Assembly (NCBI GenBank): GCA_963710645.1
Contig: CAVQBD010000002.1
Location: 138,828 to 202,827 of the forward strand
Source of the DNA: an uncultured Holophagae bacterium
GTDB taxonomy: Bacteria; Acidobacteriota; Thermoanaerobaculia; Thermoanaerobaculales; Sulfomarinibacteraceae
DNA: 64,000 bases
Direction of reading: 5' to 3'
Positions 38,554 to 48,894 of this stretch are shown here, one piece after another. The notes beneath the pieces were generated by a model that did no database searches, was not told the origin of the DNA, and saw only the letters and a list, made by a program, of their open reading frames with translations. A program made the translations under genes and the position numbers. How positions within the stretch are numbered: position 1 is the stretch's first letter; each line of letters starts with the position of its first letter.

Positions 38554-38934
38554 TCAGCGTTTCATTTCTTTGATCGCTCGCAGGATGATTTCGCGCAAAT
38601 CATCAGGCTTGAATGGTTTCGCAATGAAGTCGAAGGCACCGCGTGTGAGAGCCTCGCGCGCGACCTCCACCGTGGCGTAGCCGGTGATGAGGATCACCTT
38701 TGTGTGAGGCGACTTTTCGAGCACGTGCTCGAGCACTTCCATGCCGCTGAAGCCCTCCATCCGCACATCGGTCACGACGATGTCGAATGCCTTTTCCACC
38801 ACGCGCGCAACAGCCAGACGACTTTCCTGGAAGATCTCCACGTCATAGTCGGACTTCTCAAGCGCGGTCTTCAACCGCTTGCCAACAATTTCCTCGTCAT
38901 CGAGCACCAGAATCTGGATCTTCGGTTCGCTCAT
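38554..38934 (-). CDS. Single-domain CheY-like response regulator
   Basis: IQILVLDDEEIV...DIVVTDVRMEGFSG...VILITGY...FIAKPFKPDDL. Confidence 0.9.
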   Translation of the reverse strand: MSEPKIQILVLDDEEIVGKRLKTALEKSDYDVEIFQESRLAVARVVEKAFDIVVTDVRMEGFSGMEVLEHVLEKSPHTKVILITGYATVEVAREALTRGAFDFIAKPFKPDDLREIILRAIKEMKR

Positions 38935-38967
38935 CCGCTGCCTCCCGACCGCCCGGCACCGGGCCGT

Positions 38968-40062
38968 TCAGTTTTCGTTTGAAACAACCGCCGATTCCGC
39001 GAGCCGCCGCCGTATCGATGCCTGCCTGCGAAAAGCCTTGATGACGTTGAAAATAATCACCACAACGCCTGATACACCGGCAACAAAGAGCATACCCTTG
39101 CTGACGGCGTTCAATTGTCCGACCCAGACCTCATCAAAACTGACCAAGCCGAGTTGGCGGAGGTACACCGGTATGGCGACGCCGCGCGAGATGACGCAGA
39201 GCAGGATGACGATACTCGTCACCAACCGGATCACGACCTCTTTGACGACTTTAGTCCCGTAGGTACCGATGTAGATACCGATCAGAGACCCCAGGTACAG
39301 CAAGACCACCAAACGCACGTCGATGAACCCCTCGAGAACATAGTTCAGGGCTCCAAAGGCGCCCATGAACATGGCCAGAAAAAGTTCGGTCCCGGTGGCC
39401 ACGGCGGTCGGAACTCCAAAGACGTAGATCATCGCTGGAACGCCTATGAACCCTCCGACTCCGATAGTTCCGGCGAGGTACCCGGTGGCAAGCCCGACGA
39501 GGGCCAGCACCCACAGCGATACCTTCACGTCGGCCACCGGAAATTCAATCACCGGCGACAAACGCATACGTCCCAGTCTCTCGGCGATCTTCCGAGAAGG
39601 GCCCTCCTCCGCTCTGGATTTCACCACGTCCCGAAGCATGGAAATCGCAACCGCCGACAGAATACAGACAAAGACCAGACTGATGTACAGGTTGGCAGCC
39701 GCCCCCTTGCCGCCGCCGTGGGTGTCGGCGACCCCAAAGAGGGTGGCATTGATCCACACCGCGAGGCGGATTCCGACGAATGAGGTCGCGAGCAGGAAGA
39801 TGCCGAGTTTTTTGTCGACGTTGCCGAGTTCACCGTGTTTTCGAGATCCCATGAGGGCCTTGCCGAATTTGTGGGTGATATTGCTGCCGACGGCGATCAC
39901 GCCGGGAACACCCAGGTTCATCATTCCGGGGGTCATGAAGAATGCCCCACCGCTGCCGATGAAGCCACTGAGCACTCCGCCGATGAAACCGAGCAGAACC
40001 ACCTGGAGCGAGGTGCCGAGATCGAGAACGATGAAATCCTTGAATATCAGTTCTGGCATCAA
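38968..40062 (-). CDS. TauE/SafE-family (TSUP) anion exporter-like membrane protein
   Basis: 364 aa and polytopic. GG-rich helix motifs occur in both halves (GGVLSGFIGSGGAFFMTPGM... and ...GYLAGTIGVGGFIGVPAMIY). Confidence 0.7.
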   Translation of the reverse strand: MMPELIFKDFIVLDLGTSLQVVLLGFIGGVLSGFIGSGGAFFMTPGMMNLGVPGVIAVGSNITHKFGKALMGSRKHGELGNVDKKLGIFLLATSFVGIRLAVWINATLFGVADTHGGGKGAAANLYISLVFVCILSAVAISMLRDVVKSRAEEGPSRKIAERLGRMRLSPVIEFPVADVKVSLWVLALVGLATGYLAGTIGVGGFIGVPAMIYVFGVPTAVATGTELFLAMFMGAFGALNYVLEGFIDVRLVVLLYLGSLIGIYIGTYGTKVVKEVVIRLVTSIVILLCVISRGVAIPVYLRQLGLVSFDEVWVGQLNAVSKGMLFVAGVSGVVVIIFNVIKAFRRQASIRRRLAESAVVSNEN

Positions 40063-40134
40063 TCAACTTCCGGCCAGGGAATTTTGTCACCGCCGTTCGT
40101 CGCCATGGCGGTGGCTGCGCGGCCCAAGTCTTTG

Positions 40135-41664
40135 TCACTCCACATGGAACAACTTCAGGACGGTTCCGGCGAGCGTACCGTATATCACGGCGAAGACCGG
40201 CACAAAGACCAACAGAACCGCGGCGGCCACCACTTTTGCCCCGGCTGTCGCGGGTGAAAAAAACGCCAACATTTCGTACTGATGATCGAAGACCAGGAGG
40301 ACAACAGCGACCACGATGGCCGCCAGCGCAATCATCTTCGCGTAGTCGGACCAGCCGGTGTGAACCATCTGACCAAGATCCTCGGCGTTGACCACTGGCG
40401 CCTTGATGACATCTCCGAGCCGTCCTACCAGCTCTCTTGTCTTTCGGAGTCTCGTGGCGTGGCCGTGGTCCAGATATACGTCACCGACGACCACCAGACT
40501 GCAGGGAATCGATCGGTCAATGACCGCACCGATTCTCCCAACGTCAACCGGGAGTCGGCTTGCGCTGCCGGCGATTCCGCGAGCGTTCAATTCACCGATC
40601 ATCTCGCGCAGGTCGGCATCCTTCCCGGGTTGTCCAGGTGCGAGCTCCACATCCTCTTCGATCCCGCCGTCCACCTGGCGGACGTTGAACAACGGGAGAG
40701 GGTCGGCGTTCGCCGCACCGGCGTCAGTACTGTCTGTCACCGCCGAAAGCGAGGTGGCCGGGGTGAGAGTCACGAGCTCCACGGCCGAGTGCCAATGGGT
40801 CGCGGTCTTGACGACTGCCTCGAAGGTGGAACCCGTTGCCTGAAAACGCTCTTGCACCCACAGGATGTTGGTGGCCGCCATGGCGCAGGTCAGGTCTTTC
40901 ACACCCGGAATCGAACCGACGACCTCGGGCGCCCTGACGCCGACGGCCGCATCCTGCGGAAGAAAGGAGACCGCCACGAAGCCGGCCTCCGCCCTCACCG
41001 AGAATCTCGCCGCCCAGGTGCGTTCATCCCTGGCCAGGGCGATCCTTATCCGGGCGGCAAGCAACAGGTTCTCGAGCACCTTGATGGATGCAGGGAATGC
41101 CTGGAACTCTGGAAGTTGTGCATAATCGCATAGGGCCGTAGTGGCGCCTCCGACATCGACGCGATCGAGGTTGACGACCAGGTCATGCCCGGTCCACGGG
41201 TCCCCGCTCACGTTGTACATTGTCCGAATCCAACGTGCGATGTCCTCGTTCACGCTCTCCACATACTGCTTGGCTTTTGCGCGATCGAGGGACAATCGGC
41301 CCATGACCTCGGCGATGTGGGTGTCGGTGTCGATGGCCGTGCGGATGCGCAAGACGTGTGTCAAGCCCGGCGCCGCCAGATGAGCGGCTCGCCCGTGAAA
41401 CACCAGATCGTCCTCGATGGCGCGTTCGCACAGCACCCGCGTCATGAAGGCCAGAAAATGCTCTTTTTCCAGAATCTGCCGTTCACTCAACTGACGTCTC
41501 TTGACTGCTGCCGTTTCAAGTTTGCCGACGGCAATTCCGTCTCGGATAGCCAACTCGACAATGTCCTCCTGGCTGAGGCACCGGAAATCGAGTTTCTGGG
41601 CGAGGGTTTGAGCAAAGAGCTTGCCCTTCTCCTGCTCTCCCCGCGAGACACATACTATGCGCAC
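40135..41664 (-). CDS. Cytidylate-kinase-like (PF13189-type) / BON-like / membrane-anchored protein
   Basis: GTG start with a GGGGAGG RBS. The N-terminus MRIVCVSRGEQEKGKLFAQTLAQKLDF... has a degenerate P-loop, and the LTHVLRIRT...DIARWIRTMY...DLVVNLD pattern follows. A BON-like segment ends in GSIPGVKDL. Two TM helices lie at the C-terminus. Confidence 0.6.
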   Translation of the reverse strand: MRIVCVSRGEQEKGKLFAQTLAQKLDFRCLSQEDIVELAIRDGIAVGKLETAAVKRRQLSERQILEKEHFLAFMTRVLCERAIEDDLVFHGRAAHLAAPGLTHVLRIRTAIDTDTHIAEVMGRLSLDRAKAKQYVESVNEDIARWIRTMYNVSGDPWTGHDLVVNLDRVDVGGATTALCDYAQLPEFQAFPASIKVLENLLLAARIRIALARDERTWAARFSVRAEAGFVAVSFLPQDAAVGVRAPEVVGSIPGVKDLTCAMAATNILWVQERFQATGSTFEAVVKTATHWHSAVELVTLTPATSLSAVTDSTDAGAANADPLPLFNVRQVDGGIEEDVELAPGQPGKDADLREMIGELNARGIAGSASRLPVDVGRIGAVIDRSIPCSLVVVGDVYLDHGHATRLRKTRELVGRLGDVIKAPVVNAEDLGQMVHTGWSDYAKMIALAAIVVAVVLLVFDHQYEMLAFFSPATAGAKVVAAAVLLVFVPVFAVIYGTLAGTVLKLFHVE

Positions 41665-41808
41665 TCTCGAACCTCCCCGAGCGACTCCTTCACATCGAAA
41701 ATCAACAGCCCCTGCATGGCGACCCCATCGCTTTCTGTTCAGCCCAGCGGCTCGATTGTACTCCCGGTCGTGGGATTTCCCGCAACAGACAAATGGTTAG
41801 GCTGTGGC

Positions 41809-44800
41809 CTACCTATTCACCACCTCGATCAACGGACACGGACGTTCGTCGGTGCCCTCGTGGGCTTGTCCGTGAATTGCCTCGATCGCACGGGCGCGGG
41901 TCGGAAAGACCGACTCCCGGCCAATGGTCGCGAGACAGCCGGTCCGTTCGAGAATGTCGAAAATGTCATCCTTGAGACCGCTGATTGAAACCTGGTAACC
42001 GGCGCTTCGAAGATCCAGTACCAGGTCACCAAGGTCCTCCGCCGCGATCTCATCCACGGTCGAAAGACCGTGACACGCGAGCAGGATGTGGCGCGTCTCG
42101 GGGCGCGCGGCGACACGCGCCTTGATCTCGTGCGCGACGAAATCCACGGTCGCAAAATTGAGAGGCCCGTCGATCCGCATGGCTGCGATAAATCGGCAGA
42201 CGGCGAGACCATAGTGGTCGGCGTTGCGGAGCGATCCGTCCGCATGCATCGAAATCTCCACGACCCGAGGCAGGAGCGGCTGCATCGGGCAGTGCTCCTC
42301 AGAGTGTCCACGATGGGCCTCGGCGTACATGCTGGCCACTGCAGAGTCCGCGGTCGGGAAGATATTGTCCAACCCGATTTCGTCGGCAACACCCGACCGT
42401 CCGAGCTCCTCGAAAACGTGATCTCTGAAGCTGCAGAACGACACCGAAAAAGCCGCCTTTCTCAGGCGTTCCACCAACTCGCGAAGCCTTTGTGCGTCTT
42501 CCGAGCCGTGTCGTTCAAGGGTGTGAGCGACAAACAAAATGTGAGTCACCTCAAGCCGATTCTTGACCCACTTGGTGAGCTCCAACTCCAGAGCCGCCGG
42601 GTTGGCGAGAATCAACGGTCCATCGAAGCGAAGGGCCGCGATGTGAGAACACAGTCCAAGGCCGTGCCGTCGAGCTTCGCGCAAACTCCCGTCAGGATGC
42701 AAGGAAAGTTCGGTGACACGGGGCGCCATGGGCTGGAACGGGCAGTTCGGCTCGCTCGATTCGGCGTGCGCCTGCGAGCACAGGGCGGCGATCGCTGCGA
42801 ATTGGGTGGGGAAGCGGTGATTTGAGCCGATGACCTGGTCAGTGTCAATCCGGTCGAGGACCTCCAGGACTTCATCCCGGAAGCCCGAGAACGACACGCC
42901 CAAACCCTGCTCGCGGAGACGGTTGACGACCTGAACGAGCTTCTGCGCCCCGGACGGATCGACCTCCGCAATACCGTGGGCGACGAATATGACCTGTCGC
43001 AGCTCCGATCTCCCCTCCAATTTCAGGAGGATCTCCTGCTCGAGGAAATCCGTGTTGGCATAGGTGAGCGGATCGTCGAAGCGGAGGACTGCCATGTGCC
43101 GGCACAACTGGAGGTCATGGCGTACAGCATCGCGAAGCGAACCGTCGGGATGGACCGAGAGTTCCGCGAGTCGGGGCATCACCGATCGATAGGGGCAACC
43201 CGGCTCGGGATCAGTGTGGGCCGAGGCGTAGATCGCAGCGATGGCCTGGGCCTGAGTGGGGAACTGGTGGTCCCCGCCGAGGACATCGTAGAGGTGGGAC
43301 CGTTTGAGCACGTCGACGACCTGGTCCTTGAGGCCGCAGAAAGAGACGTCGTACTTCGCCTCCCGCAAGTGCTCCACCAGGTGGCGCAACATTTCCTCAC
43401 CCGAGGCGTCGACCTCGTTGATGCCCTCGGCCACGACCAGGACGTGCTTGAGATCCGGCATCTTGGAGACCCGATCGAGCACCTCGTCCTCGAGGTAGGA
43501 GGCGTTGGCGAAGTTCAGCGGGCCGTCGAACCGTATTGCGGCCAGGTACCGGCATTGCTCGAGGCCATGCCTCCTGGCGTCCTTCAAACCGCCCTCCGAA
43601 TGGGGGGCCAATACGGCCACGCTGGGACGCATCGTACGGAAGAGGTACCCGCCAAGCGACAGGGTCACCCCGATCAGGATCCCCCACTCGAGGTGCGGCG
43701 CAAGAATGAGAGTGCACACGAAGGTCACGACCGACACGAAACCGTCGAATGGTTGGGTCCGCCAAGCATGGACAAAACCACTCACGTTGAGCAGGCCGAA
43801 TACGGCCATCATGATGATCGACGCCAGCACCGCCTGTGGCAGGTTGTAGAGCATGGGTGAGAAAAAGAGCAGGACGATCGCGACGATCAACCCGGAGAAG
43901 ACGTTGGACATGCCGGTGCGCGCTCCCGCCTGCAGGTTGACGGCCGAGCGCGAGAACGATCCCGAGACGGCATAGCTCTGACCCATGCAGCCAACGATGT
44001 TTGCCAACCCCTGACCGATCAGCTCCTGGTTCGGGTCGAGCTTCTGCTTTGTCTTGGCGGCCATCGCTTTGGCGATCGAGATCGCTTCCATGAATCCGAG
44101 GATGGAGATGATGATCGCTGCGGCGATGAGCTTGGGTATGACCTGGAAGTCGATGACGGGCGGACTGATTGGCGGGAGGCCGGCGGGGATTGTCCCGACC
44201 ACAGCCCCTCCTCCTGTCATCATCAAATTCTCTTGATCGATGGCGACGTTGCCCACCTTGATCCGCCATGTGCCAGGTTCCACCTCGAGATCCTGGGCCG
44301 ACTCACCCCGCACGATGAATTGGGGCTCACCCTTTGCATCGACGGCGCGCTGGAAGCGGTAGCCTCTCAGCTCGGTTCGAACATCCGACACGTGGTGTTT
44401 GAGTTCCTCGATCCGAATGTCGATCAAGCCTGCCATTTGGTGAAGGGCCAGCGTCCTGCGCTCGAAATCGCCCGCCACAGCCGGACCACCGCCTGACCCA
44501 AACCCCGTCGCCGAGCGCAGCGCGTGGCAACCCATGCACTGAGTGACGAGATCGCTGTTCTGGTCGTCGAGGAGGACGTTCCCGGAGGCCCTCGCTTCCT
44601 CCAAGAGTCGCTCCTCGAGCACGGCGTCGTTGAACTCAGTGATCTGCTCTTTCACTTTTTCGGATTCGATCTGGTTGCCCTGGACGTTCTCGTTCCTTTC
44701 AAATCCGAGCGTTGCGGCAAGCGCGGTGGTTACGACAACTGCCACCAGCACATTCGGGATCCGGGGGTTGAGTCGCCTCAACGTGATCATGATTGCGAAC

Positions 44801-45414
44801 GACAAGATTGCCATCGCGAGCGTTGGAAGGTGGGTGTAGTGGAGGGCGGCCTCGAAGACCCGGTAGATGGTCCCGTAGTGATGTTCCGCCTTGTCTACAT
44901 AGACGCCGAAGATTTTCGACAATTGGGACGTTGCGATGATCAGGGCGGCGGCATTGGTGAAGCCGTTGACCACCGGATGGGAGAGGAAATTGACAATCAG
45001 GCCGAGGCGAAGGATGCCAAGGGCGAGCTGGAAAACGCCCACCATCAACGCCAGCAAAATGGCGTAGGCGATGTACTGCTGGCCGCCTGCAGTGGCGAGT
45101 GGCTCGAGTGCGGCGGCGGTCATCAGCGACACCACCGCAACAGGTCCCGTCGCCAACTGCCGGCTCGAGCCGAAGAGGTTGGCTACGATGGGCGGCAGAA
45201 AGGCCGCATAGAGCCCGTAGTAGGCCGGCAGCCCGGCCAGCTGCGCATACGCCATCGACTGGGGAACGAGAACGAGGGCTACCGTGAGCCCTGCGATGAA
45301 GTCACTTCTGAGAGTCGAGGCGTCATAGCCCTGGAACCATGTGAGAAATGGGAAAAGGCGTCGCAGGATGGTCATATCCCAGATACTCCAAGCTTTCGGA
45401 GTATACGACAGCAC
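41809..45414 (-). CDS. SulP/SLC26-family anion transporter with an inserted soluble loop and four tandem C-terminal STAS domains
   Basis: SulP signature region (LRSDFIAGLTVALVLVPQSMAYAQLAGLP...). There is a roughly 165-aa non-membrane insertion (residues about 239-404) before the VVGTIPAGLPP motif. Four roughly 150-aa STAS-like repeats occupy residues about 600-1201. Confidence 0.85.
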   Translation of the reverse strand: MLSYTPKAWSIWDMTILRRLFPFLTWFQGYDASTLRSDFIAGLTVALVLVPQSMAYAQLAGLPAYYGLYAAFLPPIVANLFGSSRQLATGPVAVVSLMTAAALEPLATAGGQQYIAYAILLALMVGVFQLALGILRLGLIVNFLSHPVVNGFTNAAALIIATSQLSKIFGVYVDKAEHHYGTIYRVFEAALHYTHLPTLAMAILSFAIMITLRRLNPRIPNVLVAVVVTTALAATLGFERNENVQGNQIESEKVKEQITEFNDAVLEERLLEEARASGNVLLDDQNSDLVTQCMGCHALRSATGFGSGGGPAVAGDFERRTLALHQMAGLIDIRIEELKHHVSDVRTELRGYRFQRAVDAKGEPQFIVRGESAQDLEVEPGTWRIKVGNVAIDQENLMMTGGGAVVGTIPAGLPPISPPVIDFQVIPKLIAAAIIISILGFMEAISIAKAMAAKTKQKLDPNQELIGQGLANIVGCMGQSYAVSGSFSRSAVNLQAGARTGMSNVFSGLIVAIVLLFFSPMLYNLPQAVLASIIMMAVFGLLNVSGFVHAWRTQPFDGFVSVVTFVCTLILAPHLEWGILIGVTLSLGGYLFRTMRPSVAVLAPHSEGGLKDARRHGLEQCRYLAAIRFDGPLNFANASYLEDEVLDRVSKMPDLKHVLVVAEGINEVDASGEEMLRHLVEHLREAKYDVSFCGLKDQVVDVLKRSHLYDVLGGDHQFPTQAQAIAAIYASAHTDPEPGCPYRSVMPRLAELSVHPDGSLRDAVRHDLQLCRHMAVLRFDDPLTYANTDFLEQEILLKLEGRSELRQVIFVAHGIAEVDPSGAQKLVQVVNRLREQGLGVSFSGFRDEVLEVLDRIDTDQVIGSNHRFPTQFAAIAALCSQAHAESSEPNCPFQPMAPRVTELSLHPDGSLREARRHGLGLCSHIAALRFDGPLILANPAALELELTKWVKNRLEVTHILFVAHTLERHGSEDAQRLRELVERLRKAAFSVSFCSFRDHVFEELGRSGVADEIGLDNIFPTADSAVASMYAEAHRGHSEEHCPMQPLLPRVVEISMHADGSLRNADHYGLAVCRFIAAMRIDGPLNFATVDFVAHEIKARVAARPETRHILLACHGLSTVDEIAAEDLGDLVLDLRSAGYQVSISGLKDDIFDILERTGCLATIGRESVFPTRARAIEAIHGQAHEGTDERPCPLIEVVNR

Positions 45415-45541
45415 TTCCTTTATGCGATGTCGGATGGAGAATCAGACAAGATCATGCGACAGTTTGACAGCCGAGATGGCGACTGACAGAATTCTGGTGC
45501 CTGCGATGTGATGTCGGGGCTTGAGCCGAGGGGGTCGAAAC

Positions 45542-46767
45542 GTGGCGATCATTACGATCGACAGTGCGACGTTCTGCCACGGGCCGGAGGTGGCATCTTC
45601 AGTGGCCGACCGTCTGAAACTGGACCGCCTCGAGGACGACGCGGTCTTTGCGGCCGCCGCCGCCGTCGCCGGTATGGATGCAGCCAAGCTGGTCCGTATC
45701 GTCTACGGTCCGGCGCCCATTTTCCCGGTCGGGGTGCGTGACACGGCGAAGGCAGTCGCCGCCCTCCGCGTCGCCTTGATCGAGGTCATCAGCGCGGATC
45801 AGCTGGTGTACCACGGTCTCCTCGGTCGGCTGCTTCCCCAAAAGCTGTCTCATGTGCTGCGAGTGTGCTTGGCAGGCGACACCGATTTTCGAATCGGGGA
45901 GGCGGACAGGCAGGGAGTTCCGCCCGGGAGGCGAAACGCCGCATCAAGGCCGACGACGACGCGCGGGCGGACTGGATCGACCTCGTGGTTGGTATGGGCC
46001 CATGGGACACGAGCATGTACGACATTTTCGTGGCCATGGACAAGACGTCTCTCGAAGGTGCGGTCGAGTTGGTCTGTGATCACGCGACTCGGCCGCTTCT
46101 GGATCTGACTCGAGCGGGCGAACGCGCCCTGGCCGAAGCTCGCCTTTCAGCGGAGGTCAATCTCGAACTCGCCCGCGAGGGCCACGACGTCGACGTGGTG
46201 TGCGACGATTCTCGGGCCACCATTTTGATCAAGAAGGAAAGCGTATTCAGGGACCGGCAGCGGAAGGAGTTCGAGAAAATTGCCCTCGGTGTCGAGGGGG
46301 TGTCTGCCGTCGAGGTCCGGCGTGGACCGCGCTTCAAGGAGCCGGACATATCATTCAAGATCGACCTCGACGTGCCGTCAAAGGTGCTGTTGGTCGATGA
46401 CGAGCAGGAGTTCGTCAACACCCTGTCCGAGCGGCTCGAGACCCGGAGCATGACGCCGGCAATCGCCTACGACGGCGAAGAGGCTCTGGCGATGGTCGCC
46501 GACGATCAGCCGGAGGTGATGGTGCTCGACCTCAAAATGCCGGGCATCGACGGCCTCGAGGTGCTGCGCAGAATGAAGAAGAGCCACCCCGAAACCCAGG
46601 TCATCATCCTCACAGGGCATGGTTCGGCGGCGGAGGAGGAATTGGCCGCCGAACTTGGCGCCTTTGCATACCTGCGCAAGCCGGTGGACATCGAGGAACT
46701 CACGGCGACAATGAGAAAAGCGTATCGTGAGATCGAGGCGCGACGCGAAGGACGCGACGACGACTGA
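45542..46767 (+). pseudogene. Cytidylate-kinase-like / BON-like / receiver-domain protein split by a frame change near 45900 (pseudogene, assembly indel or recoding)
   Basis: ORF 45521..46108 carries the N-terminal half of the kinase-like domain (...LSHVLRVCLAGDTDFRI). The continuation (SAREAKRRIKADDDARADWI...YDIFVAMD..., a BON-like segment, then a full receiver VLLVDDEQ...MVLDLKMPGIDG...ILTGHG...LRKPVD) is in the -1 frame (ORF 45865..46767). Colinearity with the paralog at 40135..41664 spans the junction. Confidence 0.7.
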
Positions 46768-46771
46768 GAAA

Positions 46772-48505
<1,734 letters not shown>

Positions 48506-48510
48506 ATTGA

Positions 48511-48894
48511 ATGAGTCGTCTTCGAGTCTTGTTCGTCGACGATGAAGAGGAGTTCGTATCGGCGGTCGTCGAACGACTCCAACTTCGAGGGATCGAAGCC
48601 ACAGGTGCGATAACTGGTGCAGAGGCTCTCGATCTGATCGACCGGGAAACCTACGACGTCGTCGCGGCCGATGTGAAGATGCCGGGGCTCGGAGGGCTCG
48701 AGATCGTCCGGCGCATCAAGGATCGACATCCCGGGCTGCAGGTGATTCTGCTGAGCGGTCACGGCTCGCGAGATGATGCCGAGGAGGGGCGTCGGCTCGG
48801 TGCCTGCGATTACTTGGAAAAACCCATCGACATCGAGATTCTGATAGAAATCTTGCGCAAGGCTGCCGCGTCGGCAGGGCCGGTGGTCCGGTGA
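48511..48894 (+). CDS. Single-domain CheY-like response regulator
   Basis: RVLFVDDEEEF...DVVAADVKMPGLGG...VILLSGHG...YLEKPIDIEIL. Confidence 0.9.
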   Translation: MSRLRVLFVDDEEEFVSAVVERLQLRGIEATGAITGAEALDLIDRETYDVVAADVKMPGLGGLEIVRRIKDRHPGLQVILLSGHGSRDDAEEGRRLGACDYLEKPIDIEILIEILRKAAASAGPVVR

